Under the pieces are notes generated by a model. That model searched no databases. It saw only the letters and a program-made list of their open reading frames with translations, and was not told the origin of the DNA. Shown in pieces: positions 9,846 to 20,384 of a stretch of 64,000 bases of DNA. Each line of letters begins with the position of its first letter. Positions within the stretch are counted from its first letter, which is position 1. The DNA is from Alphaproteobacteria bacterium (GTDB lineage: Bacteria > Pseudomonadota > Alphaproteobacteria > UBA828), in NCBI GenBank assembly GCA_965214705.1, contig OZ243972.1, positions 3,936,001 through 4,000,000 of the forward strand, in the 5' to 3' direction. Both the position numbers and the translations under genes were made by a program.

Positions 9846-10652
9846 GTGGGCTGCGCCACCAACGAACGGTTCGTGACGATCCGCAGCGGCGGTCGAATTT
9901 GGGCCGTCGGCGCGATCCACGGCGAAGCGTCGAGGCTGGCCGAGCTGCACGGCGGCATCGAAGAGCGCTTCGAGCCTGGCGACCGCATCGTCTATCTCGG
10001 CAACTTCCTTGGTCACGGCCGTGAGGTTGCCGCCACCATCGACGAGATGGTGGCCTTCCGCAGCGCATTGCTCGCGGTGCCACACATGAACCTCTGCGAC
10101 GTGGCCTACCTGCGCGGCAGCCAGGAAGAAATGTGGCAAAAGCTGTTCCGCCTCCATCTTTCGGTCGAGCCGTCGGACGTGTTGGCCTGGATGATGAATC
10201 AGGGTGTGCAGCAGACACTCGCCGCCTATGGGTGGGGAGCCGCCCAGGCGCAGGAGCGGATCGGCAACGGCTCCCAAGAGATCGCGCGCTGGCTTGGCGA
10301 AGTGCGTGCGAGGATGGAGCTGTATCCGGGGCATCAGGAATTGCTCGCTAGCGTGCGGCAGGCGGCCGTCACCGACGATGGAGCGCTACTCTTCGTGAAT
10401 TCGGGGCTTGATCCATCGCGTCCGATCGATGCCCAGAGAGACGCCTTCTGGTGGGGTGCCGATCAGCTCGCCCAGCTCACGCCGCCCTACGCCGAATACA
10501 AGAAGATCATTCGGGGCTTCGACCCGTCGCAGGGTGGCGTCAGCCTCGACGGCTATGTGGCGACGGTGGATGGCGGCGCAGGATTCGGCGGCACCTTGAC
10601 CGCTGCCTGCTTCGATTCCAAGGGCGGGGCGGTGGACCGCATCGACGCATGA
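9846..10652 (+). CDS. Degenerate metallophosphoesterase/PPP-like protein
   Basis: GAIHG, YLGNFLGHG, LRGSQE, VDGGAGFGG.LTA resemble PPP motifs with substitutions. Confidence 0.75.
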   Translation: MGCATNERFVTIRSGGRIWAVGAIHGEASRLAELHGGIEERFEPGDRIVYLGNFLGHGREVAATIDEMVAFRSALLAVPHMNLCDVAYLRGSQEEMWQKLFRLHLSVEPSDVLAWMMNQGVQQTLAAYGWGAAQAQERIGNGSQEIARWLGEVRARMELYPGHQELLASVRQAAVTDDGALLFVNSGLDPSRPIDAQRDAFWWGADQLAQLTPPYAEYKKIIRGFDPSQGGVSLDGYVATVDGGAGFGGTLTAACFDSKGGAVDRIDA

Positions 10653-10687
10653 CTGCGGCCGCTAAGGCTGAAGAGTGAGGGCGCGCG

Positions 10688-11764
10688 ATGGCGTCTGAGG
10701 GGCAACCGGCCAACGACCTCCACAGTGGGATCAGCGAGCGCATGGGGACGGCCACCGTGTGGGCGCTGCCGGCGCAGTGGTACAGCGACCCGGAGATTTA
10801 TCAGGCCGAACGGCGAACCATCTTCTCGCGCCACTGGCTCTGGATCGGACGCGAGGCCGACGTGGCTGAGCCGGGCCAGTACATTACGGCCACGCCCGCC
10901 GAGTTTCCGGTCTTCGTGCGCCGCTCGGATAACGGCGCGCTCCACGGCTTCCACAACGTGTGCCGGCACCGGGCGTCGAAGCTGCTGACCGAGCCGAGCG
11001 GGCAGTGCCGCACCCTCGAATGCCCTTATCACGGCTGGCGTTATCGATCGGACGGCGCACTCGATCACGTGCCGCTGTTCGGCGAGGCGCCAGACTTTCC
11101 AAAGGACGAGCTGTCTCTCTTCCCCATTTCGGTCGATGTCTGGCGCGGCCAGGTCTTCGTATGCCTGGACCCGGAGGCGCCGCCGCTCATCGAGTGGCTC
11201 GGTCCGATCGAGGACGCGGTGGAACGAACCGCGCCGGCACGGGCCGAGTTCGGGCGGCGCCTGCAGTTTGTTGTCGACTGCAACTGGAAGACCTATGTCG
11301 ACAATTACCAGGAGGGCTATCACATCCCTCCGCTGCACCCCGGATTGCACCGCGACCTCGACTGGAAGCGCTACAGGGTCATCAACTTCGAGGGCGGCAG
11401 CCTTCACGAGGCTCCGACAAAGGGGAGCTCGAACCATCCCGGCGCTTTCGGTTGGCGTTTTCCCCATTTTGCGTTCAACTCGTACCCGGACGGGCTTTCC
11501 TTCATGCGGATGGAGCCGGTCGGCCCGCGCCAGACGCGCCTGGTCTACGACTATTGGCGGCCGGACTCGGTCAGCATGGAGGACTTCGAGGCGACGCTGG
11601 AATACGGCGTCCAGGTTTCGAAGGAGGACCAATGGATCACGCCGATCATTCAGGAGAACCTAGAGGCCGGCGTGTACGAGGCGGGTCCGCTCAGCCCACT
11701 GCACGAGAACGGCGTGTTCTACTTTCACGAGATGGTGCGGGAAGCCCTCGGCTCCGCAGCGTAA
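10688..11764 (+). CDS. Rieske oxygenase alpha subunit (choline monooxygenase/CntA-like)
   Basis: CRHR...CPYHGW Rieske motif; NWK..DNYQEGYHIPPLH mononuclear Fe site. Confidence 0.92.
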   Translation: MASEGQPANDLHSGISERMGTATVWALPAQWYSDPEIYQAERRTIFSRHWLWIGREADVAEPGQYITATPAEFPVFVRRSDNGALHGFHNVCRHRASKLLTEPSGQCRTLECPYHGWRYRSDGALDHVPLFGEAPDFPKDELSLFPISVDVWRGQVFVCLDPEAPPLIEWLGPIEDAVERTAPARAEFGRRLQFVVDCNWKTYVDNYQEGYHIPPLHPGLHRDLDWKRYRVINFEGGSLHEAPTKGSSNHPGAFGWRFPHFAFNSYPDGLSFMRMEPVGPRQTRLVYDYWRPDSVSMEDFEATLEYGVQVSKEDQWITPIIQENLEAGVYEAGPLSPLHENGVFYFHEMVREALGSAA

Positions 11765-12876
11765 GGCGGCAGGCGCGCTCCATTCGCGTCACCTGGGACG
11801 ACGGTACCGCCGGGACATTTCACCATCTCTGGTTGCGGGACAACTGTCGTTGTCCGCAATGCCGGCACCCGGACACCCTGGAACGAATCTTCGATCCGCT
11901 CTCCGTGCCGCCCGACCTTGAGGCCGAGTCGGTCTCGATTACCGACGCGGGCGGGCTGCGGGTCCAATGGAGGCCCGAGGGTCATGTCAGCGACTACGAC
12001 TCTGACTGGCTCAGGGAGCATCGCGGCGGCAGCGACGAAGGTTCGCAGCTAGCCCCGGTCCCCGTCACATGGGGCGCTGAGCTCTCAGGAGCCATGCCCG
12101 GCGCGGACTACGACGCGGTCACAAGCAGCGACGACGCGCTGCTGGACTGGCTCCGCCTCCTGCGCGACTACGGCGTGGCTGTCCTGCGCAACACCCCGCG
12201 CGAGCCGCTCAGCGTTCTCACCCTCGCGGGTTTCATCGGCCCCGCACGGGCGACCAATTTCGGCGAACATTTCGATGTGCTCTCGAAGCACGAGCCCAAC
12301 AGCAACGCCTATACGGCGCTCGGGCTGCTCTGCCACACCGATCTGCCCAATTGGGAACGCCCGCCCGACTACCAGTTGCTGCATTGCCTGGAGAACAGCG
12401 CCGAGGGCGGCGACTCGATCCTCGTGGACGGTTTTCGGGCTGCGGAAACGCTGCGCTCGCAGGAGCCTGCTGCCTTTCGGTTGCTCAGCGGAACGCCGAT
12501 CGATTTCCGTTTCCAGGACAGCGAGTCGGACATTCGCTTCCGGGCGCCGGCCATTGCTCTGGATGAGGCCGGCTCGGTCGCAGAAGTGCGGTTCAACTTC
12601 GCCGTGATGGGAGCCGTTCGGGCGCCGACGAACCGCATGGGAGCGCTCTGCCGCGCGCTGCGCACCTTCGGGACGGTGCTTCGCGACCCGGCGCTGGAGT
12701 GCCATTACAGGCTCAGCCCAGGCGAGCTTTTGATCTTCGATAACCGCCACGTGTTGCACGGGCGTGCAGCCTTCGATCCCTCGACCGGACGGCGGCACTT
12801 GCAGGGCTGCTACGTGGATCGCGACCAGTTGCTGAGCCGCATTCGCGTCCTTGAGCGCGCGGCGCCGCTGCAGTGA
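11632..12876 (+). CDS. Gamma-butyrobetaine dioxygenase-like (TauD family); start uncertain
   Basis: [11 protein letters not shown] Zn domain, [21 protein letters not shown]; nearest in-frame ATG lies inside the upstream gene. Confidence 0.85.
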   Translation: MDHADHSGEPRGRRVRGGSAQPTARERRVLLSRDGAGSPRLRSVRRQARSIRVTWDDGTAGTFHHLWLRDNCRCPQCRHPDTLERIFDPLSVPPDLEAESVSITDAGGLRVQWRPEGHVSDYDSDWLREHRGGSDEGSQLAPVPVTWGAELSGAMPGADYDAVTSSDDALLDWLRLLRDYGVAVLRNTPREPLSVLTLAGFIGPARATNFGEHFDVLSKHEPNSNAYTALGLLCHTDLPNWERPPDYQLLHCLENSAEGGDSILVDGFRAAETLRSQEPAAFRLLSGTPIDFRFQDSESDIRFRAPAIALDEAGSVAEVRFNFAVMGAVRAPTNRMGALCRALRTFGTVLRDPALECHYRLSPGELLIFDNRHVLHGRAAFDPSTGRRHLQGCYVDRDQLLSRIRVLERAAPLQ

Positions 12877-12891
12877 GGGCAGGGCGTTGGG

Positions 12892-13857
12892 TCAGTTGAA
12901 CTCGCGCTCAAGGGCCTCGGCGAGTTCGAAGATGTCAACGCAGGCGCCGTGGTGGGCGACGTTGAAGATCGGCGCCTCCGGGTCGGTGTTGACCGCGATG
13001 ATGGTGTCCACGTGCTTCATGCCGGCCAGGTGCTGGACCGCGCCGGAGATACCCAAAGCCAGATAGAGTGAGCAGTTGCCCGCGATCGTGCCGGACTGGC
13101 CGACCTGGTGGGCCTTGGGCAGCCAGCCGGAATCGGCGACCGGGCGCGAGCAGCCGAGGGTGGCGCCGAGCCGTTCCGCAAGCGCCGCGAACTGAGGCAG
13201 GTTCGTGTCTTCGCCGAGGGCGCGGCCGACCGAGAGGATGAACTCCGCCTTGCCGATATCCACGTCGGCGGGTGGGGCCGGCAGATAATCGATGTGGTGG
13301 CCGGCGCCGGGCACGGCGTCGAGCTCGACCGTGACCGGCACGATACTCGCGTTGCCTGCCGCTTCGGGCGCCTGGAAGGTCGCGCCGCGCAGCGTCAGCA
13401 CGATCACGGGCTTCTCGGGGAAGGCCAAGTCCATCGAGACCTTGCCGCCGTAACCGCTGCGGGTCGCGATGGGCTCGCCGCCGTCGAGCGCGAGTCCGAA
13501 GACATCGGACGCGAAGCCCGAGCCGAGCCGCGCGGCGACCGCCGGCCCGAAAGCCATGCCGGCGGCGGTGTGGCCGATCAGGACGAGCCGGACCTGCCGC
13601 GCCTCGGCGACGGCGCAAACCGCTTCCTCATAGAGCGCGGGATCGAAATGCGCGTCCGCCTGCGCGACGGTGACGATCTCGTCGACTCCCTCCAGGTTGG
13701 CGGCGGCGGCGAGGCTGTCCGTGTCCTGACCGACGACGAGGACGGCGAGCGGGCCGCCGAGGCCGTCCTTGATCTCGGCGGCAGCGCCGATCATCTCCAG
13801 CGTGACGTCGCGCAGGAGACCGTCGAAGTGCTCAGCGACGACGAGGATCCCGGCCAT
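12892..13857 (-). CDS. etfA: Electron transfer flavoprotein alpha subunit
   Basis: [41 protein letters not shown]. Confidence 0.95.
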   Translation of the reverse strand: MAGILVVAEHFDGLLRDVTLEMIGAAAEIKDGLGGPLAVLVVGQDTDSLAAAANLEGVDEIVTVAQADAHFDPALYEEAVCAVAEARQVRLVLIGHTAAGMAFGPAVAARLGSGFASDVFGLALDGGEPIATRSGYGGKVSMDLAFPEKPVIVLTLRGATFQAPEAAGNASIVPVTVELDAVPGAGHHIDYLPAPPADVDIGKAEFILSVGRALGEDTNLPQFAALAERLGATLGCSRPVADSGWLPKAHQVGQSGTIAGNCSLYLALGISGAVQHLAGMKHVDTIIAVNTDPEAPIFNVAHHGACVDIFELAEALEREFN

Positions 13858-14051
13858 CACACCTCTCCTCGCTTGTCCCGAATGATGTCCGCGATGGCCT
13901 TGGCGACGGCGGCCGCGTCGATCATCTCCAGCGTGACGTCGCGCAGGAGACCGTCGAAGTGCTCGGCGACGACGAGGATCCCGGCCATCACACCTCTCCC
14001 CGCTTGTCTCGAATGATATCCGCGATGGTCTTGGCGACGGCCGCCGCATCG
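13788..14051. repeat. Diverged 131-bp tandem duplication of the etfB/etfA junction, creating a 43-aa chimeric ORF (13857..13988, -)
   Basis: Two adjacent copies starting 13789 and 13920 with 7 mismatches. Confidence 0.93.
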
Positions 14052-17000
14052 CCCTCGATCATCGCCGCGCGCCCGGACTTTAGCGGCTCGTAGAGCCGGC
14101 GCACGACCGCGCCCGCCTGATCGAGACCGACGCCCGTGCCATCCACCACCGCGATCGGCTTCTTCCTGGCCTGCTTGATCATGCGCATGGTGGCGTAACG
14201 CGGCGTGCTGCCGCCGGTTTGTATTGTGAGTAGCGCCGGCGCCGGCAAAGAGAGCTGCTGGCGCATGCCGCCTTCCAGCTCGCGGGTGACGGTCATCGCG
14301 TCTGCGCCGTCCCACTCGATGCCGAGTACGACCGCCGCATGCGGCAGGTCCAGGATGCGGGCCAGCGCCGAGCCCGTGGCACCGTGGCCGAGATCGGCTG
14401 ACTGCGCGCCGGTGAGTACGATGTCCGGCGTCTCCTGCGCGGCGACGCCCGCCAGCACGCGGGCGAGGGTCACGGGGTCGGCGTCCCGCAGGCTCTCGTC
14501 CCACACCCGCACGCCCCGGTGCGCGCCCTTGGCGAGGGCGCGGCGCAGAGTCTCCTCGGCATCGTCCGGGCCGATGGTGACGGCAACCACCTCGCCCGCG
14601 TCGAGCTTCTCGGTCAGCAGCAGCGCTTCCTCCAGCGCCGCCTCGTCCCACTCGTTCAACTCGTACTCGAAGTGCTCGTCGGCGATCGTGCGGTTGGCTT
14701 CGTCGATCGCGAACTCGGGGTTCAGCTCGCCGACCCGCTTGACCGCGACCAGCACGCGGGGGCCGTCCTTCGCCGGCACCTCGTAGGGAGGCAGCGTCGC
14801 CGGGCTAACCGGCGCAGCCCGCCACGGGCCGGCGGCGGGCGCCGCCTCAGCCTGCTGCTCGGGCGTGGGCGCCGGCTGCGGCGCTGCGGCGGCTGCGGCA
14901 AGCGCGGGCGCCCGGTCGGCAAGCTCGCTCAGCACCCGCTCCGTCACGGTTTCGGCGAGACGCTCGGCCAGGCGGTCCGCCACGGTATCGGCGATACGGG
15001 TCGCGGCAGCCTCGGTGATACGATCGACCAGCGCCGGCACCTCCTTGAGGTCGATGCTCTTCAGGTCGATGGCCTCGGCCACCAGCTCCGCCAGGTCCTG
15101 GACGACGAAGTCGCTCTCGTGGCCGCTGGTCTTGCGGGCATCCTCGAACATGGTCAGGTCCTTGGGGCAGCAAACGACGAACGTGTCGAGATTACCGAGA
15201 GACGCCGCTTCGTGCATCCGGTTCTCGGCGGGCCGTTCCTTGCCGACGGGATCGGGGATCCAGATGCGTCCGCCGCCGGCGCCGCAGCAGAAGGAGTTGT
15301 CGCGGCAGCGCGGCATGTCGACCAGCTCGCAGCCGATCAGCTCCAGCACCCGGCGCGGCTCGTCGTAGTGGCCGTTGAACCGGCCGAGATGGCAGGGGTC
15401 GTGGAGCGTCACCCGCCTGCCGAGGGGCTTGACGACGGTGAGCCGCCCGCTCTCCAGTAGCTCGGCGAGGACGCTCGTGTAGTGGCGGATGGGCGCGACC
15501 TCGCCGAAGTCGGGATACTCGTTGCGGATGGTGTTGTAGCTGTGGGGGTCGGTGGTGACGATCGAGTCGAACTGCTTGGCCGCGCCCATCGCCGCCAGGT
15601 TGTGCTCTGCGAGGGATTCGAAGAGCCCTTCCTCGCCGACCCGGCGCACATCGTTGCCTGCGGTCCGCTCGCTCTCGTAGAGCAGGCCGAAGTCGAGGCC
15701 GGCAGCACGGAAAAGCCGCGCGACGGTACGCGAGACGTCCTGGTTGCGCGGGTCGTAGGAGGCGTAGTCGCCGACGAACCAGAGGTTTTCGGCGGGCTCG
15801 GCCCGGACATCCTTGACCGGGAACTCCAGGGCGGAGGTCCAGCCACCACGGCTGCGCGGACTCTCGCCAAAGCTGTTGCCGCGGTTGGCGATCATGTCGA
15901 GGGTATCGCGGAGCTGCTGCTCCATGGCGCCGTCCTCGACCAGCTGACGCCGCATCTGCACGATCATCGGCGGGTGCTCGATGCCGACCGGGCAGATCTC
16001 CATGCAGGCGCCACAGGAGCGGCAGGACCAGAGCGTCTCCGCCTCGATCACGTCGCCGATCAGCGCCGCGCCGTTCGCCCCCGGCCTGAAGGCGCTCTGC
16101 GCGGCATGGGCGCGCAGGTCGAGGACCAGATCGCGCGGGCTGAGCGGTGCGCCGCTGGCGGTGGCCGGGCAGGCCTCGTGGCAGCGTCCGCACTTGGTGC
16201 AGGCGTCGAGGTTGAGCAGGTCCTTCCACGAGAACTGGGCGATGCTGCCGAAGCCGACTTCCGGCTCGGCGTCGTCTGCGACGGCCCCGCGAGCGGGCGC
16301 GGGCTTGGGCAGGCGGCGCAGGGCGAGGGCATCGCGGGTCGAGAGCGAGCCGAGCACGGCGAGGATGTGCTTGGCCTTGGTCCAGGGAATGCCCGCAATG
16401 AAGGCCAGGGCTGCGATGCCGTGAATCCACCAATTGGCCCGGCGCACGGCCGCGGCAGCGGCTTCGTCCATGCCGAGCCCCAGGAAGATCTGGGCGAGCA
16501 CCCAGCCGACCGGCGACCACGGCCCCCAGGGAGGCTGGTCCATGGCGAGGCGCACGGCCTCCTGCAGGAAGCCGGTCACCCCGATCAGCAGCAGCGCCCA
16601 CAGGAACAGCGTGTCGTCCCACTCCCAGGCGCGGGCGCGCGGGCGTGTCTCCGTTTCGCCGCGATACTCCCGCCGGTAGGCGAGTTTTGGGGGCCGGACC
16701 TGCCAGCGGCGCCACATCATGTAGACGACGCCCACGATCAGCCCGAGGCCGGCGAGATCAGCGATCAGGCTGAAGGCGAGGTAGAAGTCGCCGTGCCAGA
16801 AGGTGAAGCCGAAGAAGGGCTCCGAAATGTCGTACTCGACCGTGATGATGCTGGTGGCGGCCAGCAGCAGGAGAAAGCCGTAGAGGATCGGCGTGTGGGC
16901 ATGGCCGGCGGCCCGGTCGCGCCGGTGCACGGTCCGCTGAGAGAAGACGTCGAACACCATGCGCCAGAAGCCGCGCCACGGGTGGACGGGGACCGGGCTG

Positions 17001-17134
17001 CGCCGTGCGCGAGCGTAGCGGTAGACGTGCCAAACGACGCCGGCGAAGGCGACTGCCATCGCCGCGCCCGCCACCACGAAGAAGAGGGTGTGGCCGAGGG
17101 AGCTTATCTCCCAGAAGAGTTCGCGAGTTTCCAA
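13988..17134 (-). CDS. Membrane FadF/HdrD-like FeS oxidoreductase fused to ETF beta subunit
   Basis: N-terminal TM helices, CTKCGRC..CP and CRSCGAC..CP, HDPC/CCG domains, C-terminal EtfB (ELNEWDEAALEEA, GAQSAD, VTRELEGG, PRY). Confidence 0.9.
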   Translation of the reverse strand: METRELFWEISSLGHTLFFVVAGAAMAVAFAGVVWHVYRYARARRSPVPVHPWRGFWRMVFDVFSQRTVHRRDRAAGHAHTPILYGFLLLLAATSIITVEYDISEPFFGFTFWHGDFYLAFSLIADLAGLGLIVGVVYMMWRRWQVRPPKLAYRREYRGETETRPRARAWEWDDTLFLWALLLIGVTGFLQEAVRLAMDQPPWGPWSPVGWVLAQIFLGLGMDEAAAAAVRRANWWIHGIAALAFIAGIPWTKAKHILAVLGSLSTRDALALRRLPKPAPARGAVADDAEPEVGFGSIAQFSWKDLLNLDACTKCGRCHEACPATASGAPLSPRDLVLDLRAHAAQSAFRPGANGAALIGDVIEAETLWSCRSCGACMEICPVGIEHPPMIVQMRRQLVEDGAMEQQLRDTLDMIANRGNSFGESPRSRGGWTSALEFPVKDVRAEPAENLWFVGDYASYDPRNQDVSRTVARLFRAAGLDFGLLYESERTAGNDVRRVGEEGLFESLAEHNLAAMGAAKQFDSIVTTDPHSYNTIRNEYPDFGEVAPIRHYTSVLAELLESGRLTVVKPLGRRVTLHDPCHLGRFNGHYDEPRRVLELIGCELVDMPRCRDNSFCCGAGGGRIWIPDPVGKERPAENRMHEAASLGNLDTFVVCCPKDLTMFEDARKTSGHESDFVVQDLAELVAEAIDLKSIDLKEVPALVDRITEAAATRIADTVADRLAERLAETVTERVLSELADRAPALAAAAAAPQPAPTPEQQAEAAPAAGPWRAAPVSPATLPPYEVPAKDGPRVLVAVKRVGELNPEFAIDEANRTIADEHFEYELNEWDEAALEEALLLTEKLDAGEVVAVTIGPDDAEETLRRALAKGAHRGVRVWDESLRDADPVTLARVLAGVAAQETPDIVLTGAQSADLGHGATGSALARILDLPHAAVVLGIEWDGADAMTVTRELEGGMRQQLSLPAPALLTIQTGGSTPRYATMRMIKQARKKPIAVVDGTGVGLDQAGAVVRRLYEPLKSGRAAMIEGDAAAVAKTIADIIRDKRGEV

Positions 17135-17165
17135 CCGCTCACCCGGCCTTCATAAGGCCTGACCG

Positions 17166-17873
<708 letters not shown>

Positions 17874-18626
17874 TCAGGCGGTTCCCAGATAGGCTTCGAT
17901 CACCGCCGGATCGGACCGGATTTCGTCCGGCGTGCCTTCCGCCAGAAGCTCGCCGAAGCTCAGCACCGTGATCTGGTCGCAAAGCCCCATGACCGCCTGC
18001 ATGTCATGCTCGACCAGGAGGATGGTCACGCCTTGGCTACGCACGCGCTCGACCAGCACCATCATCTGCCGCGTCTCTTCGGGGTTCATGCCGGTGAAGG
18101 GTTCGTCGAGCAATATCAGCTTGGGCTCGGCCGCCAGCGCCACCGCGATGCCCAGAGCCCGTTGGTTGCCGTGCGGCAGGTTGACCGTCTCGTCGTCGCG
18201 ACGGTCGCCCAGGCCCATGAACTCAAGAATTTCTATGGCGCGTGCCTCCGACTCCCGTTCGGCATGACGACTGGTGCCCAGCAACGCGCTGAACGGGCCC
18301 ACCTTCGATTGCATGTGGCAGCCGATCAGCACATTCTCCAGGACGGTGAGTTCCTGGAACAGAGTGGTCGCCTGAAAGGTGCGGACCACGCCCCGCGCCG
18401 CGATCCGGCTCGGGCGCAGCCCAGATATCTTGCGGCCGCCGAACGCGATGTCGCCGGCGGTCGGCTTGTAGTAGCCGCTGATGACGTTGAAGGTCGTGGT
18501 CTTGCCGGCGCCGTTGGGGCCGATCAGCCCGTGAATCGCGCCCTCGTCCACGGTGAAGGTGAGGTTGTTCACGGCGGCCAGGCCGCCGAAATGCCGGGAC
18601 AGTTCGCGAACTTCGAGCAGGCTCAT
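17874..18626 (-). CDS. livG: Branched-chain amino acid ABC ATPase
   Basis: GPNGAGKTT, RTFQ, LLVEHDM, VIEAYLG. Confidence 0.92.
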   Translation of the reverse strand: MSLLEVRELSRHFGGLAAVNNLTFTVDEGAIHGLIGPNGAGKTTTFNVISGYYKPTAGDIAFGGRKISGLRPSRIAARGVVRTFQATTLFQELTVLENVLIGCHMQSKVGPFSALLGTSRHAERESEARAIEILEFMGLGDRRDDETVNLPHGNQRALGIAVALAAEPKLILLDEPFTGMNPEETRQMMVLVERVRSQGVTILLVEHDMQAVMGLCDQITVLSFGELLAEGTPDEIRSDPAVIEAYLGTA

Positions 18627-18720
18627 GGGCGTTGCGGCGGTTCAGACTCACAATCGTGACATGCGGCAGCCTAAACCCGCACCACGCGCTGCGCCATAAG
18701 AGATCGTGTGTGGGGGCGGC

Positions 18721-19920
18721 TTAGCCCCCGGCCGCAGCAAGGGCCTGCTCCAGGTCGGCGCGCAGGTCTTCCTCCGCCTCCAGCCCAACCGAGAGGCGCA
18801 CCAGACCGTCGCCGATCCCGAGCGTTGCCCGCGCGTCCGCGCCGATCTTCTGATGCGTGGTGCTGGCGGGATGGGTGGCGAGGCTCTTGGCATCGCCCAG
18901 GTTGTTGGAAATGTCGATCAGCTCCAGCGCATCGAGAAGGCGAAAGGCGGCGTCCCACCCACCCGCGAGCTCGAAGGCGATCACGCTGCCGCCCCGGCTC
19001 ATCTGCCGCGCCGCGAGCGCGTGCTGGGGATGGCTCGCGAGACCCGGATAGTGCACGGCCGCCACGGCCGGGTGGCCTTCGAGAAACGCCGCGAGCCGCT
19101 CCGCCGTCTCACACATGCGAGCCGTGCGCAGCTCCAGGGTCTCCAGGCCCTTCAGCATGACCCAGGCGTTGAAGGGGCTCATGACCGGCCCCGTGGTGCG
19201 CATGAAGGGCACGAGATCGTCGGCGAAGAACGTCTCGTCGCCTAGGATGGCGCCGCCCAGGCAGCGGCCCTGGCCGTCAATGTGCTTGGTCGTGGAATAG
19301 ACGACGATGTCGGCGCCGAGGGCGAAGGGGCGCTGCACGGTCGGAATGCCGAGCACGTTGTCCACGACGACGCGGGCGCCGACGCCGTGCGCGAGTGCCG
19401 AGACCGCAGCGATGTCGACGACCGGCATGGTCGGGTTGCCGGGGCTTTCGAGGAAGATGCAGCGGGTCTCCGGCCTGAGCGCGCGCTCCCACGCGCCGAG
19501 GTCGGTGCCGTCCACGAGATCGGTCTCGATGCCGTAGCGCGGCAACAGCTGGTCGATCACCACGTAGCAGGCGCCGAACATGACGCGGGAGGCAACAACG
19601 TGGTCGCCGGCGCGCAGCTGGCTCATCAGGGCCGCGAAGACTGCCGCCATGCCGGTGGCGGTCGCCTGGCAGGCTTCGGCGCCCTCGACCAGCGCGAGAC
19701 GATCCTCGAACATGGTGACGGTGGGGTTGCCGAAGCGGCCGTAGACGTACCCGGCCTCTTCGTCCGCCGTGCGCGCATTGCCCTGTGCGGCGGACTCGTA
19801 GACGAAGCCCGAGGTCAGGTAGAGTGCCTCGTTCGTTTCGCCATGTTGCGAGCGCTCGATCCCGCCCCGCACCAGTTGTGTGGCCTGTGACCAGGCTCGC
19901 TCGCGTGTCCTCCGCCCCAT
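18721..19920 (-). CDS. metZ: O-succinylhomoserine sulfhydrylase
   Basis: YGRFGNPT, YSTTKHIDGQGR PLP lysine, ISNNLGDAKS. Confidence 0.93.
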   Translation of the reverse strand: MGRRTRERAWSQATQLVRGGIERSQHGETNEALYLTSGFVYESAAQGNARTADEEAGYVYGRFGNPTVTMFEDRLALVEGAEACQATATGMAAVFAALMSQLRAGDHVVASRVMFGACYVVIDQLLPRYGIETDLVDGTDLGAWERALRPETRCIFLESPGNPTMPVVDIAAVSALAHGVGARVVVDNVLGIPTVQRPFALGADIVVYSTTKHIDGQGRCLGGAILGDETFFADDLVPFMRTTGPVMSPFNAWVMLKGLETLELRTARMCETAERLAAFLEGHPAVAAVHYPGLASHPQHALAARQMSRGGSVIAFELAGGWDAAFRLLDALELIDISNNLGDAKSLATHPASTTHQKIGADARATLGIGDGLVRLSVGLEAEEDLRADLEQALAAAGG

Positions 19921-19924
19921 ATGC

Positions 19925-19951
19925 AAAAACCCCGGCCGCGCTGGCCGGGGT
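19925..19951 (-). terminator. GC hairpin + U5 in metZ leader (terminator-like expression platform)
   Basis: CCCCGGCC-AGCGC-GGCCGGGG-TTTTT on the minus strand just before the ATG. Confidence 0.6.
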
Positions 19952-19962
19952 CCCTCCCTTCG

Positions 19963-20020
19963 ACCTTTTAGCGCGCTTGTTTAGCGTGGCCGCAAGCCGG
20001 TCGCTCAAATCGCCACGTGA
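19963..20020 (-). promoter_or_regulatory. SAM-II (SAM-alpha) riboswitch
   Basis: CGTGGCGATTTGA...CCGGCTTGCGGCCACGCTAAACAAG..GCTAAA matches the SAM-II consensus, upstream of metZ. Confidence 0.88.
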
Positions 20021-20178
20021 ATGAACTAGAAACCACGACAGGGCCCCGAGTCAAGGACTTGACCAAAACGCTTGCCTCCAGCGCCAGGCGCTGATGCGAA
20101 GAATTGGCCGTGCCCGGAGCCGGGCGCTATAGTGCGCGCGGCCCCGCGGCAGCGATACGCCGCGTCGTGCGGGCCGGT

Positions 20179-20255
<77 letters not shown>

Positions 20256-20384
20256 TTTTCCTGCCAACCCAAGGCCAGAGTCCGCGCTGTGGTGGCGGGG
20301 CAGGGGGACGGACGGCCATGCACGGTGCGATGACTTGGCAGGAGGAACGTGCGCGATGAGCACTCGGCAAGAAGTGGCCGACCG

